From a virus (Duplodnaviria; Heunggongvirae; Uroviricota; Caudoviricetes), in IMG/VR virus record IMGVR_UViG_3300008114_001632: a stretch of DNA of 64,000 nucleotides. One strand, given 5' to 3'. The notes below the pieces were generated by a model. That model was not told the DNA's origin, ran no database searches, and saw nothing but the letters and a program-made list of their open reading frames with translations. The position numbers and the translations under genes were made by a program. Below are positions 37,862 through 47,345 of the stretch, piece by piece. Numbering within the stretch: the stretch's first letter is position 1; every line of letters starts with the position of its first letter.

Positions 37862-38069
37862 CTGTTTCTTTTGCCTTTTCTATAATAATAGTGCCCTGAT
37901 CACCCCATAAAACTTTTACTCGATCGCCAGGTGCTAGCCCTATAGCATTAGATACTTCTTCAGGAATTTTCATTAGACAGTTCTCAGGATCTGTGGGAAT
38001 GTCCTCAAAAATATCCTCTGCTTTAAATACCCAGCGTTTAGCTTCTTTTTCTTCCATTTTTTTCTCCAT
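37848..38069 (-). CDS. AbrB/MazE-like swapped-hairpin small protein
   Basis: LMKIPEEVSNAIGLAPGDRVKV motif; overlaps the infA start by 14 nt. Confidence 0.35.
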   Translation of the reverse strand: MEKKMEEKEAKRWVFKAEDIFEDIPTDPENCLMKIPEEVSNAIGLAPGDRVKVLWGDQGTIIIEKAKETDAKE

Positions 38070-38084
38070 GATTAAGTACTTATA

Positions 38085-38627
38085 TTAAAACTCTAAATCA
38101 GCCGCAACAATAAAGCGATCTTCTTGACTCTGCAGAATTCCTGGACGATGCCAAGTTTTTCCGGGCCAAATGATCCAATGCCCTATTCGAGCTTCAGCGA
38201 AGTGATGTCCAGGGTTTTCTGGCCCTTGCGGAGCGAACTCGGTTCCAGCAGTTGACATATCAACACCTGATGGTAATTGAAGATAGTATACTCCGCTTAT
38301 AACTTTAGAATCTTGTCTAAGATGCTGATGCCAATAAGTATTTCTATCTTCTACGGTGTAGGACAGTGATGTCATATACCCCCAGCTTTTAATTGTTTTA
38401 ATTGGAACGTCTCTTTTTAGATAAGCAAAACAACTCCAAATAAAACTCATTTTTAGATTAGTCCATTCTTCTCCAGGTAATCCAAAAATATTTACATTTG
38501 TTTGATATCGAGGACTATTTGTCCAATATTGTCCGTCAGCTACCAACCGTCGGATGTTGGTGACATATTTTTCTCGTTGGTTTGGACCAATGAGATTATT
38601 CCAGTCGTAATATTCGTATTCAATCAT
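38085..38627 (-). CDS. putative 2OG-Fe(II) oxygenase family protein (cyanophage-type)
   Basis: HQHL...SGVYYL motif shared with 54108..54686. Confidence 0.45.
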   Translation of the reverse strand: MIEYEYYDWNNLIGPNQREKYVTNIRRLVADGQYWTNSPRYQTNVNIFGLPGEEWTNLKMSFIWSCFAYLKRDVPIKTIKSWGYMTSLSYTVEDRNTYWHQHLRQDSKVISGVYYLQLPSGVDMSTAGTEFAPQGPENPGHHFAEARIGHWIIWPGKTWHRPGILQSQEDRFIVAADLEF

Positions 38628-38667
38628 AAGATAACTATAACATTATTTAAACATTAAGTCAAAAAGA

Positions 38668-38695
38668 ACCCCACCGAAGTGGGGCAGCTTTCTAG
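38668..38695 (-). terminator. rho-independent terminator after the pqqA-like gene
   Basis: CCCCAC-CGAA-GTGGGG hairpin followed by a T-run on the minus strand. Confidence 0.55.
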
Positions 38696-38708
38696 AACAT
38701 TTTTACTA

Positions 38709-38780
38709 TTAACGATTCATCACGTACATTGTGATTTCGAAACCAAAACGCATATCAGTTGCTGTTGGTGTTGTCCACAT
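38709..38780 (-). CDS. pqqA: PqqA-like precursor peptide (23 aa)
   Basis: MWTTPTATDMRFGFEITMYVMNR fits the PqqA consensus MW.KP...D.R.G.E.T.Y...R with conserved E and Y. AAGGAG RBS; own terminator. Confidence 0.65.
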   Translation of the reverse strand: MWTTPTATDMRFGFEITMYVMNR

Positions 38781-38894
38781 AATAGTTCTCCTTGTTAATG
38801 AAATAAGTACTGTCTTGCATTAGTACTTATAAACATTATACTGACAAAACTACCTAAAGTACATAGTGAAAATCATTAATTCACTATCGTGAAA

Positions 38895-39401
38895 TTAGCT
38901 ATTCAAAACCTTAGCAACTGAGTTCATCACACTAGCAATACGACCAATGTCACGAAGCTGTTCAACAGTGTATCCTTCTGTCTTCAATGTCTCGTAATGT
39001 GCCTTAACACAGAAGTGACACTTGCCCACAATACTAGCAGCCAAACTAAATGCTTCAAAGTTTGCTTTAGTTGTTCCGCCGTGACTTGCAATAGCGTTCA
39101 TACGTAACTGAGCAGGCAATCCTTTGAGTGCAGGATCATCAGCCATCTCAACGAATGGGTACCACACGTTGTTCTGTGCCATAATGCTTGCGGCTGTCAT
39201 TGCTGACTCTGCATGTACAGGAGCATCTGCTAACAGGATGCTTAGTACCTTGCCGTTACCTGTTGCGGCTAGTGCAGCCACAGCACAACCCAAGGCTACA
39301 TCTGCGTCTAGTGTACTGCGTACTAAAACAGCATCAAGATTTAACTTGGTATCCTTTGCATAGTCTGGTAGTGCGCCTTTTATTGTTTCAATAAAACTCA
39401 T
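38895..39401 (-). CDS. ahpD: alkylhydroperoxidase AhpD-like (carboxymuconolactone decarboxylase family)
   Basis: CHFCVKAH CxxHxxxH motif. Confidence 0.7.
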   Translation of the reverse strand: MSFIETIKGALPDYAKDTKLNLDAVLVRSTLDADVALGCAVAALAATGNGKVLSILLADAPVHAESAMTAASIMAQNNVWYPFVEMADDPALKGLPAQLRMNAIASHGGTTKANFEAFSLAASIVGKCHFCVKAHYETLKTEGYTVEQLRDIGRIASVMNSVAKVLNS

Positions 39402-39811
39402 CGTGTTTGATCTCCTAAGATTTTATATCCACGTCCAGTAGGATGGATTCCGTCTGCACTCATATGGCTTTTTGGTCTAGGCAATATCACATCACCGTAT
39501 TCTTTGGCAATGCGTACAATAGCATCGTGCGGAATAGGTTTACGATCTTGTCCAGGGTCAATCCAAAATACTCGATCGCCCTTAACAGCTTCTCGCATTT
39601 TACGAAGTTCTGCTTCTGTCTTGACGCCTTTGTGATCATTGGCTCCTAGACTAATAATAATAGTTTTAGCAGGTTGTGAGGAGGCTTTAGACAAATAATC
39701 TTTGTTCCATTGCCAACTGTTCCATCCACCTTTTGAATAACTTACGCACTCTGGTCTAGCCATTGCTGTACCAACTGCAATGCTATCACCTACTATTAGG
39801 CAGTCTAACAT
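39398..39811 (-). CDS. SGNH/GDSL hydrolase
   Basis: IVGDSIA, GANDH, DGIHPT blocks. Confidence 0.6.
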   Translation of the reverse strand: MLDCLIVGDSIAVGTAMARPECVSYSKGGWNSWQWNKDYLSKASSQPAKTIIISLGANDHKGVKTEAELRKMREAVKGDRVFWIDPGQDRKPIPHDAIVRIAKEYGDVILPRPKSHMSADGIHPTGRGYKILGDQTR

Positions 39812-40350
39812 TATAGAGTCTCTCCCCCGACTGTGCGATTACAAGCGCAAAGTTCGCCAGTTTGTAGCGCATCCAATACACGAAGTGTTTCTTCTGGGCT
39901 ACGACCAACGTTTAAGTTGTTAACAGTAACGTGTTGGATTTCATTGTTTGGATCAACGATGAATGTTGCACGAAGTGCGGCACCTGCTGGTGCGTAGAAC
40001 ACGCCCAACTGTTCAATCAAGCTCAACTCGCCACGCTGTGTATCAGCAAATTGTGTATGAGTAATTTTCTTTAGATCTGCGTGAGCATTTTGCCAGCTAA
40101 CTTTGCAGAACTCATTGTCTGTGCTACCTGTGAGCAATACTGCATCGCGATCAGCAAAGTCTTGTGCCAATTTGTCGTAGGCTACAATTTCTGTAGGGCA
40201 AACAAATGTAAAATCTTTTGGATAGTAAACGATTACTTTCCATTTTCCTGCAAAACTCTCGTCTGTAATTTCAAAGAACGCATCTTCTGGTTGTCCTGGC
40301 TTAACACCTGTGACTGCAAATTTTTCTAGTTTATCACCAACTGTTTTCAT
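39811..40350 (-). CDS. ahpC: peroxiredoxin (AhpC/Tsa family)
   Basis: FTFVCPTEI peroxidatic Cys motif. Start set at MKTV (40348-40350, AAGGAG RBS). The Cys near the C-terminus is resolving-like. Confidence 0.85.
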   Translation of the reverse strand: MKTVGDKLEKFAVTGVKPGQPEDAFFEITDESFAGKWKVIVYYPKDFTFVCPTEIVAYDKLAQDFADRDAVLLTGSTDNEFCKVSWQNAHADLKKITHTQFADTQRGELSLIEQLGVFYAPAGAALRATFIVDPNNEIQHVTVNNLNVGRSPEETLRVLDALQTGELCACNRTVGGETL

Positions 40351-40544
40351 ATACTTCTCCTTAGTGTGTGTCATGAAATAATAATTATCAGTTTAAAATT
40401 ACCTCAGTGTAAATACTGAGTTTTCTACCTGAACAAGTTTATTATACATGTATTTACAATAGAAATCAACTACTATCCAGCAGTTTTTCATTGTATTTTT
40501 TAATAACGATCATTGAAGGAATCAATAAAGAAAAATAGCAGTCA

Positions 40545-40578
40545 TTAAAAAAGGCCCCTTCGGGCCTTTTTTTTGAAC
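40545..40578. terminator. bidirectional terminator GGCCCCTTCGGGCC
   Basis: Hairpin flanked by A5 and T8. Confidence 0.7.
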
Positions 40579-40586
40579 TAATAAGT

Positions 40587-41153
40587 TTACAGTTCTGGTT
40601 CTGGATCTTGTACTGGCATCGGTTTGCCTGTAGCACTCATCATAGGTGTTGAAGTTGGAATAGTCCCCCAACTTGGTACAGCACTCATTGGAGTACCACC
40701 TAATGGCTGTGCGCCAAAACTTGGGGCTGCTGGCTTATTGAAACTAGCAGTTGCTCCGCCAAAACTTGCACTAGCACTAAATCCGCTAGGTGCAGGTGTT
40801 GTTGGTGCTGGGCTTACTGTAGGTGCTTTATTAGCTGCATCTAATGCTTTGGCTCTTAGATCTTTATCACCACCTGCTAACATAATACCACTTAGTGTAC
40901 CTGTTAAGAATGTAGCAATTGGAATAATTAATTCAAAGAATTTTTGATCAATTGGACTAATTGCGTTTAAAGGCTGTGTTACAAATATTAATGAATACAG
41001 CACAACAAATACAATACCGAATAGTGTCAGTGATAGACAAATACCGATAAAGAATTTTAAGCGAGCCATTAATTGCTCTTCAGTATAGATAAAGTGTTCT
41101 CCTGTATCTTCATCTTTTTTAGTGAATTTTTTTAGTAGTTCCATTATTTGCAT
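40587..41153 (-). CDS. membrane protein with Ala/Pro/Ser/Gly-rich low-complexity C-terminus
   Basis: Two TM helices then a PAPTT/SFGG-rich tail. Confidence 0.4.
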   Translation of the reverse strand: MQIMELLKKFTKKDEDTGEHFIYTEEQLMARLKFFIGICLSLTLFGIVFVVLYSLIFVTQPLNAISPIDQKFFELIIPIATFLTGTLSGIMLAGGDKDLRAKALDAANKAPTVSPAPTTPAPSGFSASASFGGATASFNKPAAPSFGAQPLGGTPMSAVPSWGTIPTSTPMMSATGKPMPVQDPEPEL

Positions 41154-41428
41154 TCCTTAATATCAATTTTTGAAGTAGCTGGTTTACTCATTGCTGGAGT
41201 ATCCCCGTCCTTTGGTGGTCCTAGTCTAGGATCTCTACCGCCTTTGAATATATGCTCCGGGCATGTTCGTGTTACATCACATCTCGGTAGCTGACATTCT
41301 GCTTTCTCCCAATTGTCTGGGTTTTGGCATGGGTAACGGAATCTATCACCATCGCTGAAATATGCTAATCCTAACGGTAACGCTAGAAGTAGTATTATCC
41401 ATTTAAATAGTTTTAAGTCACTGTTCAT
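41144..41428 (-). CDS. small secreted Cys-rich protein
   Basis: Signal peptide with multiple Cys. Confidence 0.4.
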   Translation of the reverse strand: MNSDLKLFKWIILLLALPLGLAYFSDGDRFRYPCQNPDNWEKAECQLPRCDVTRTCPEHIFKGGRDPRLGPPKDGDTPAMSKPATSKIDIKECK

Positions 41429-41528
41429 TCCCTCTCCTTTGAACTAAAAGTGTCATTGTATTTACCAAATTCTAATTTTTGGAGTGGCTACAGCTAAATA
41501 CAATAGCAGAGCGTAGGGGGCTTTTTTT

Positions 41529-41807
41529 ATGGATTTTCTAACATTAGTAGGAGATGTTGGATTTCCGATCGCAGGGGCACTAGCGGCCGGAATCTTTGTG
41601 TTTATCTCGCTGAAGTTTATTCTAGCGGGCGTTACTGGATCAGTAAAAACACTAAAAAACATTATTGCACAGCTTGATAATCGTGTACAAACTATGAACA
41701 ACGATCTAGTAAAGATCGATGCTCTCATGAGCTATGCACTAAAAGTAAAACCTAACGTAGACCGAATTGCGGCTAACGAAGGTAAGAACGATGCAAGGAG
41801 AGACTAA
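41529..41807 (+). CDS. small N-terminal-TM coiled-coil protein (paralog 1; holin/XhlA-like?)
   Basis: GFPIAGALAAGIFVFI TM helix then a coiled coil; plus strand. Confidence 0.45.
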   Translation: MDFLTLVGDVGFPIAGALAAGIFVFISLKFILAGVTGSVKTLKNIIAQLDNRVQTMNNDLVKIDALMSYALKVKPNVDRIAANEGKNDARRD

Positions 41808-42139
41808 TGTTAGATGATATTGCAAAAGCAATTAATGAGTATGGATTTCCTATTATTGCCGCAATGGGCATGGGATATTTTATCTACTTTATATGGAAGT
41901 GGGTAACTGAGGAAATAGATCCTATCATAGGTGAAACAATGGGTACGCTGATTAAGTTAGTAGATCGTGTACGAATGTTAGACAACGACATGATTCGCAT
42001 GAACACAAAACTAGCAATGGTGCTAGAACACAAAACAATGCTTGATCAACAACTTAATAACGATGATCGAGCAGAATTAGATTTTATTATTAACAAATAT
42101 CAAAGCCAAAGTCAGAAATTTGACAGTACAGGTAAGTAA
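41807..42139 (+). CDS. small N-terminal-TM coiled-coil protein (paralog 2)
   Basis: AAGGAG RBS; GFPIIAAMGMGYFIYF TM helix; LDNDMIRMN coil parallels paralog 1. Confidence 0.45.
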   Translation: MLDDIAKAINEYGFPIIAAMGMGYFIYFIWKWVTEEIDPIIGETMGTLIKLVDRVRMLDNDMIRMNTKLAMVLEHKTMLDQQLNNDDRAELDFIINKYQSQSQKFDSTGK

Positions 42140-42140
42140 A

Positions 42141-44186
42141 TTATTTACTTGTCGCTATAAAAACGCCGTTCCAATCTTTAGGTAGAGTTTGAGTCTGCTG
42201 GAACTCACAACGCTCTATCCACATGTCGTAATACTTGTCCATTTTGCCGTCAAACTGACCTTTTAGTTGTTTACACATGCTAATAGCCGTACTAAACTTT
42301 TGTCCTCTGTATGCACCGTGCATTGATTCGTGTATTTTTTTAGCAACATGATACGTATCAGTGATATCATCTAATACTGTATAGATAGCAATTCCTACAC
42401 TCTTACCTTTTACAGCAAGATCATCAATCTTAAGGAAGAAGAAGTCATCTCCACAGCGATCAACTGTTGCGCCGCCAACTAGCAACAAGCATCCATACTC
42501 TTTACATTTACTTTCAATACGGGCAGCAGTACTAACAGCATCACCTAGTACATCGTAGCTGTGTCTTGCAGTTGATCCCATCTCTCCAATATATCCCAAC
42601 CCTGTATTAATACCAGCACCCATGCCAACGGCAGGTCTTCCTTGAGGTATAATGATTTCTTCATTAAATTTCTCCACTGCTTTAAGCATCTTCAATCCTG
42701 TGCGTACTGCTGTAGCAGGATGGTTCAAATCTTCAATAGGTGCATTATGTATATGCATACTAGCATCACCAATGTACTTAATAATCATACCGTCTGCATC
42801 TAGTACAGGTTGTGTAATGGCATCCATGTAGCCGTTCATTATTTTTGTAAGACCTGCAACGTCATCTCCAAAACTTTCACCTAAGGGTGTAAAGCCGCGT
42901 AAGTCTGAGAACAGTATACTGACTTCTTTCTTAACACCCTTCTTAATTAAGTCTGGATTTTCTTGTAACAGTCTAACTACTGTAGGGCTAGCATAGCCTG
43001 CAAATTGTTTCTTGATTGCTTGTTTCTGTAAGAACTCGCTTATAAACTTAATGCCATAAGCATGAAGCATAACCAGAACAAGCCCGACCACAATACCAGT
43101 TGAATCGAAGAGCCAACTAAACTGTGCATAAGCATAGGAGCCAGCGAATACACTAGTCCCAATAATAACAACACCTGAAATAATACCAACATAAGTCCAC
43201 CTTGTTAAGAATAATAATAGTATACCTGCTAATACTAGTGTTAAGATTTCTACACCGTTGGCATAATCTGGTCTCTGTATAACTATACCGTTAATCATTG
43301 TAGCAATAACACTAGCCTGCACAGCATGTGGGAATACAGCACCCATACTGGTTGGTACAGGATTACTGATACCAGCTGCGGTTGGACCAACAATAACAAT
43401 AGCACCATCTAGGTTTTTAGGCAACTCAAGTAAACTAACATTTTTACTTTGTTGACTCCAATCAATCCATACCCGACCTAAGTTATCTGTAGTAACAGGA
43501 CCAAACTTAGGTATACGCATTTTTTCAACACCGCCTTCAAAAAGTTTGATTTGAAAGGTTGAATCGCCAGCTGCTACTCGCAGTGTTTCCATAGCTATGC
43601 TAGGATAAAGTTTATCGCCAACTGCAACGATAAGAGGTAATCGACGATTCACTCCGTCAACTTCAGGCATAGTTGATACAATACCAATTCCTGCTGCTGA
43701 ATTTTCTAACTGCGGTACGTTAGCAATAAGGCCCGGGTATTGTACAATTTGATCTAACCACTCTGGCCCTAGTACAGCACTGCCTGGGTTGCGTGGTATA
43801 TTTTTAGTTTTATCAGCAGGCACTGATCCTAGTACTACAGGATATTGTTTAAGAGCTGAGGCAAGAGTTGAGTCGCCACCAGTGCGATCAGGCTCAGCCA
43901 TAAGCACATTGAGAACGACAAGGCCAGCACCACGATCATACAAATCTTTAATAATTTTAGCATATTCTGCCCTGGGTAATGGCCATTGGCCGTATTTGTC
44001 TAAAGCAGCTTCGTCTATGTTAACTGTATAGATGTTATTTTCTGTAGGTGCTTTAGAAGTAATTAATGTATCAAAGTAGCGTAGTCTTACACTTTCAACG
44101 AATGTAGGATCTGCTATTCGTATGCCTACTACTAACGCTAGAGTTAATAGAGCAGTCCATGGACTTAAAAGTATTTTTTTAATCAT
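42141..44186 (-). CDS. CHASE2 sensor-domain adenylate/guanylate cyclase (class III)
   Basis: N-terminal periplasmic domain plus TM helices. C-terminal cyclase block (FSDLRGFT...GDA, YDV.GD.V..A.R.E). Confidence 0.7.
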   Translation of the reverse strand: MIKKILLSPWTALLTLALVVGIRIADPTFVESVRLRYFDTLITSKAPTENNIYTVNIDEAALDKYGQWPLPRAEYAKIIKDLYDRGAGLVVLNVLMAEPDRTGGDSTLASALKQYPVVLGSVPADKTKNIPRNPGSAVLGPEWLDQIVQYPGLIANVPQLENSAAGIGIVSTMPEVDGVNRRLPLIVAVGDKLYPSIAMETLRVAAGDSTFQIKLFEGGVEKMRIPKFGPVTTDNLGRVWIDWSQQSKNVSLLELPKNLDGAIVIVGPTAAGISNPVPTSMGAVFPHAVQASVIATMINGIVIQRPDYANGVEILTLVLAGILLLFLTRWTYVGIISGVVIIGTSVFAGSYAYAQFSWLFDSTGIVVGLVLVMLHAYGIKFISEFLQKQAIKKQFAGYASPTVVRLLQENPDLIKKGVKKEVSILFSDLRGFTPLGESFGDDVAGLTKIMNGYMDAITQPVLDADGMIIKYIGDASMHIHNAPIEDLNHPATAVRTGLKMLKAVEKFNEEIIIPQGRPAVGMGAGINTGLGYIGEMGSTARHSYDVLGDAVSTAARIESKCKEYGCLLLVGGATVDRCGDDFFFLKIDDLAVKGKSVGIAIYTVLDDITDTYHVAKKIHESMHGAYRGQKFSTAISMCKQLKGQFDGKMDKYYDMWIERCEFQQTQTLPKDWNGVFIATSK

Positions 44187-44479
44187 TATATTGACGTACC
44201 TAGTTTAATTTTAGATTCTGTGCCTACTCCTAGTATGCAACTAGTTTCAGGAGTCATTTTAAGTAATGTCCAAGATCCTTCTTTTTCATTGATCCATAAA
44301 CTGTAGGCACTATTATCACTAGAATGCTTTCCGCCCCAGGTTAATATTTCTTTATAATTTTCCCCAAGGCTTTTTATGATCTTTTCAGTACTGTCACACA
44401 ACAAGGGATAATCATATCTAAATTGTGCATTGACTGTGCTAGACAAACAAACTAATAAAATTAATAATATTTTTCTCAT
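44186..44479 (-). CDS. small secreted protein
   Basis: Start moved to MRKILLILLV (GGAGGT RBS); signal peptide. Confidence 0.4.
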   Translation of the reverse strand: MRKILLILLVCLSSTVNAQFRYDYPLLCDSTEKIIKSLGENYKEILTWGGKHSSDNSAYSLWINEKEGSWTLLKMTPETSCILGVGTESKIKLGTSI

Positions 44480-44940
44480 GGTCTTTTTACCTCCACATCG
44501 TGTAGTGAGCCATCTTCTTGTGTCCAATTTGGCAACAGCTTATTAAAAATACGACCATATACTCCTGCCCTACCGCTAGACCCTTGTACATCATATTCTA
44601 TCACTTGAATCTTATCGTCGTATGTTATTAAGAAATCTTTTATTATAGCAGTGATAGCTGATATAACTTGTGCGGAGTTACCAGTTCCGGTCATGCTAGT
44701 TTTGCCGTCACCGTTAAAACTAATTTCCCAGTAACCACGGTAGTCAACTTCTTCATTTTCTTCTTCATCATCGTAGCCTACTACATCACGGTCTGCATCT
44801 ACATGATCGTATTCTGAATTCTTTGCTTTGAATTCATACAGCACATTGCCCACAGTAAATTCAGCAGTGGCCTGACGCTCACTGCGATAAGTCCATTTCC
44901 ACGGCACTGAAGTTGCCGCCATTAGTTCATTTATTTTCAT
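44476..44940 (-). CDS. hypothetical acidic protein
   Basis: ORF. Confidence 0.4.
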   Translation of the reverse strand: MKINELMAATSVPWKWTYRSERQATAEFTVGNVLYEFKAKNSEYDHVDADRDVVGYDDEEENEEVDYRGYWEISFNGDGKTSMTGTGNSAQVISAITAIIKDFLITYDDKIQVIEYDVQGSSGRAGVYGRIFNKLLPNWTQEDGSLHDVEVKRP

Positions 44941-45491
44941 TTTCTTTTGTCCGATGTTGGACCTTTAGGCATGTAATCCTTACCATAACTAATACGACTG
45001 CCTGTGATAGTTTCTAGTGCAACGTGTAATGCTGTGCCGCTTAGATGTTTACGTAACCACTTCTCTGCTAGATTATTAATAATCTTTTCATTAGCATAAA
45101 CACGCCCGCTACCTTTTGTACGATCGTGTACATAAGCATGACATGCTTCGTGAGCTGCAATCGCAACATCACGAGCAGCCTTGCTTTCTAAATTTGGAAT
45201 ATTAATACTGCCGCCAGGGCCAGATTCTTCGGTATCTTTAAACATTGGTGTTTCGTTACTGGGGTAGACATAATACATGCCGGGCTCTAAGTCATCATCG
45301 TCGTCTGTTACTCGACTTCTACCTAATATATCTTGAATAGCTTCGTATGCAGTCCATAGCGTCGGTGCCGGCGCTCCACCAACTTTAGTAGTAGGCAACA
45401 TTGGCTTATCTTCTGGATCAAAGTCACCGTACCGCTGACGCAATTCATCGTCGCTAGCTTCTGCTTCTTGGATTATTTCAAGTATTTTCAT
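44937..45491 (-). CDS. putative metallopeptidase (HEACH HExxH motif)
   Basis: IAAHEACHAYVHD. Confidence 0.35.
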   Translation of the reverse strand: MKILEIIQEAEASDDELRQRYGDFDPEDKPMLPTTKVGGAPAPTLWTAYEAIQDILGRSRVTDDDDDLEPGMYYVYPSNETPMFKDTEESGPGGSINIPNLESKAARDVAIAAHEACHAYVHDRTKGSGRVYANEKIINNLAEKWLRKHLSGTALHVALETITGSRISYGKDYMPKGPTSDKRK

Positions 45492-45504
45492 ATGAAGTAT
45501 TTAC

Positions 45505-45534
45505 CATAAAAAACCCGCCTGGCGGGTTTTTTAT
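45505..45534. terminator. bidirectional terminator CCCGCCTGGCGGG
   Basis: Hairpin between A6 and T6. Confidence 0.7.
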
Positions 45535-45549
45535 TTCTAAACCTACTAG

Positions 45550-46671
45550 TTAATTTTGTGTTACAATAAGAGTGCTGGTACTACCTTTATTCACGTTTTG
45601 AATAATAGTCTGCCCATCTTGAATTAAGGTAAATGTAATGTTCTTTGTTGTATCAAATGTTGCTGTGGTATTGTGTGTACCTGCCTTGTATAATGTAACC
45701 TTAGTTTGATCATCATTAAAATAATACAACAAGCCTAATGGTTTGTTTGCTGAGTATCCTGGTAATATTGGATTGTCTAATTCATTGCTCAACAAACTAG
45801 CATTTTGTCTATCAAGTTCATTTAATTCATTAAATGCTAATAGGTCTGCATTTAAATCATTTCTATCTAACTCATTTTTTTTATCTAAAGAATTTTCATC
45901 TAATGCACTAAACTTTAACAAATCGATATCTAGTTCGTTAAAATCTAAAATAGATTTTTCTTTCTTAGCTAGGCCAGCCTGTTCTGTATCTGCAACTTCT
46001 TTAGGTTTGCTAATGATCAACATGTTGTTAATGTTTGCTTGGTCTAATTTTACAATTGTAGGTTCTGTAGGTACTGTGTAAGCACTGTTAACTAATGTAG
46101 CTTGATATGGTACATCTAATATCACAACACCTGCTAGATTTCTAACTTCGATAGCACCAGTAACACAGCCTCCGTTTGGAGAACAACTAGGAAGTAGTAC
46201 TACAAGACTGCGTCCTAATTCATCTACTGTCATAGAAAAATCAGTGCCTCGCACAGCAATAGTAGCGGTAGGTGTTTTGATAGCAACCTGTTGCGGATTA
46301 TTTTTTGCTATTTGTCCGCTTGCATAACGAGCTGTGCCTAAGGCCATATTGATGGCTAATTTACCAGAACCTTTTTTTGGATCATAGACAAAATCATCTA
46401 TGATCATTTTACTGTGTTCTGTAAGTTTAACTGTAGTTTTATCTTCAAAGGTTAATTCAGCTTTGGCTTTAGCTGTGGAGATGGTGTCATTCATCTCCAC
46501 ACCCGTGTTTAGACTAGAAGGAATACTTTTCTTATTCCTTACAATTTCTGTAGGCCCAGTCTGTTCAGTAACTTTACCAACACCGGCAAAGCTATTAATC
46601 GGACTGAGTAACAATAACGTTATTATTAGAACCGTTGCTGGTAATAACTGCATTTTTAGCGAATACTCCAC
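45550..46671 (-). CDS. secreted FecR-domain-like protein
   Basis: Signal peptide; IAVRGTDFSM FecR-like motif. Confidence 0.4.
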   Translation of the reverse strand: MEYSLKMQLLPATVLIITLLLLSPINSFAGVGKVTEQTGPTEIVRNKKSIPSSLNTGVEMNDTISTAKAKAELTFEDKTTVKLTEHSKMIIDDFVYDPKKGSGKLAINMALGTARYASGQIAKNNPQQVAIKTPTATIAVRGTDFSMTVDELGRSLVVLLPSCSPNGGCVTGAIEVRNLAGVVILDVPYQATLVNSAYTVPTEPTIVKLDQANINNMLIISKPKEVADTEQAGLAKKEKSILDFNELDIDLLKFSALDENSLDKKNELDRNDLNADLLAFNELNELDRQNASLLSNELDNPILPGYSANKPLGLLYYFNDDQTKVTLYKAGTHNTTATFDTTKNITFTLIQDGQTIIQNVNKGSTSTLIVTQN

Positions 46672-47284
46672 TCTGTGTTAGTGTCACTGCATTGGCAAGT
46701 TGATTAGTGCCACTGCCTGAAACTGTTATTTCTCCATTATGTAAACCTACACCTGATGCTGTATGTGTTACATTGTTGTAATCGCCATTAATATTAATTT
46801 TACTCTGCACAACGCCACCACTTAACGTCTGTATAGTATTGTTGCTATTACCTGTAATTTCAGATCTAATAATACTAGCATTACAACTTGAACTTAATGC
46901 AGTACCACAACCGATAGTTTGATTGTTGTTGCTACCATCTGCTGAAACTACTATGGTAGATCCTGTTCCATTAGATTCATTGTTAACAATCATACTAAGT
47001 GTATTGCTAGCACCAATTTGACTTATAGTTACATTATTGAGATCGCCACGAATTATAGCAGCATCATCAACGTTGCCGTTGCCACCAACATTACCGTTTA
47101 CTGTGTTGCCTGCTCCTGTTTGTGTAATAGATACAGATGTATTATCACCGATCTGATCAACATAAACATCGTTGGCCCACGCCCCCGATGACAGCATTCC
47201 AGCCATCATTAGAATTGTAAGTACTTTTCTCGACAACTTACCACCGCCTGTGATTCTTTTTTTCATTTTTCGCTCCAGATGCAA
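46595..47284 (-). CDS. curlin-repeat (CsgA/CsgB-like) secreted protein
   Basis: Signal peptide; repeated S-x5-Q-x-G-x-x-N blocks such as SVSITQTGAGNTVNGNV, NVTISQIGASNT, AVTLTQSGVFAKNAV. Confidence 0.55.
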   Translation of the reverse strand: MHLERKMKKRITGGGKLSRKVLTILMMAGMLSSGAWANDVYVDQIGDNTSVSITQTGAGNTVNGNVGGNGNVDDAAIIRGDLNNVTISQIGASNTLSMIVNNESNGTGSTIVVSADGSNNNQTIGCGTALSSSCNASIIRSEITGNSNNTIQTLSGGVVQSKININGDYNNVTHTASGVGLHNGEITVSGSGTNQLANAVTLTQSGVFAKNAVITSNGSNNNVIVTQSD

Positions 47285-47345
47285 GTTATGTTTGTTAATG
47301 CATCTAATTTTAAGTTTAATAAAGACTTTCTCCTATGCTTAACTC

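Noticed and set aside
41462-41728. Minus-strand ORF 41462..41728 (88 aa)
   Set aside because: It overlaps the plus-strand TM coiled-coil paralog 41529..41807. That paralog has a tandem partner with a strong RBS. The minus ORF is low-complexity and has no RBS.
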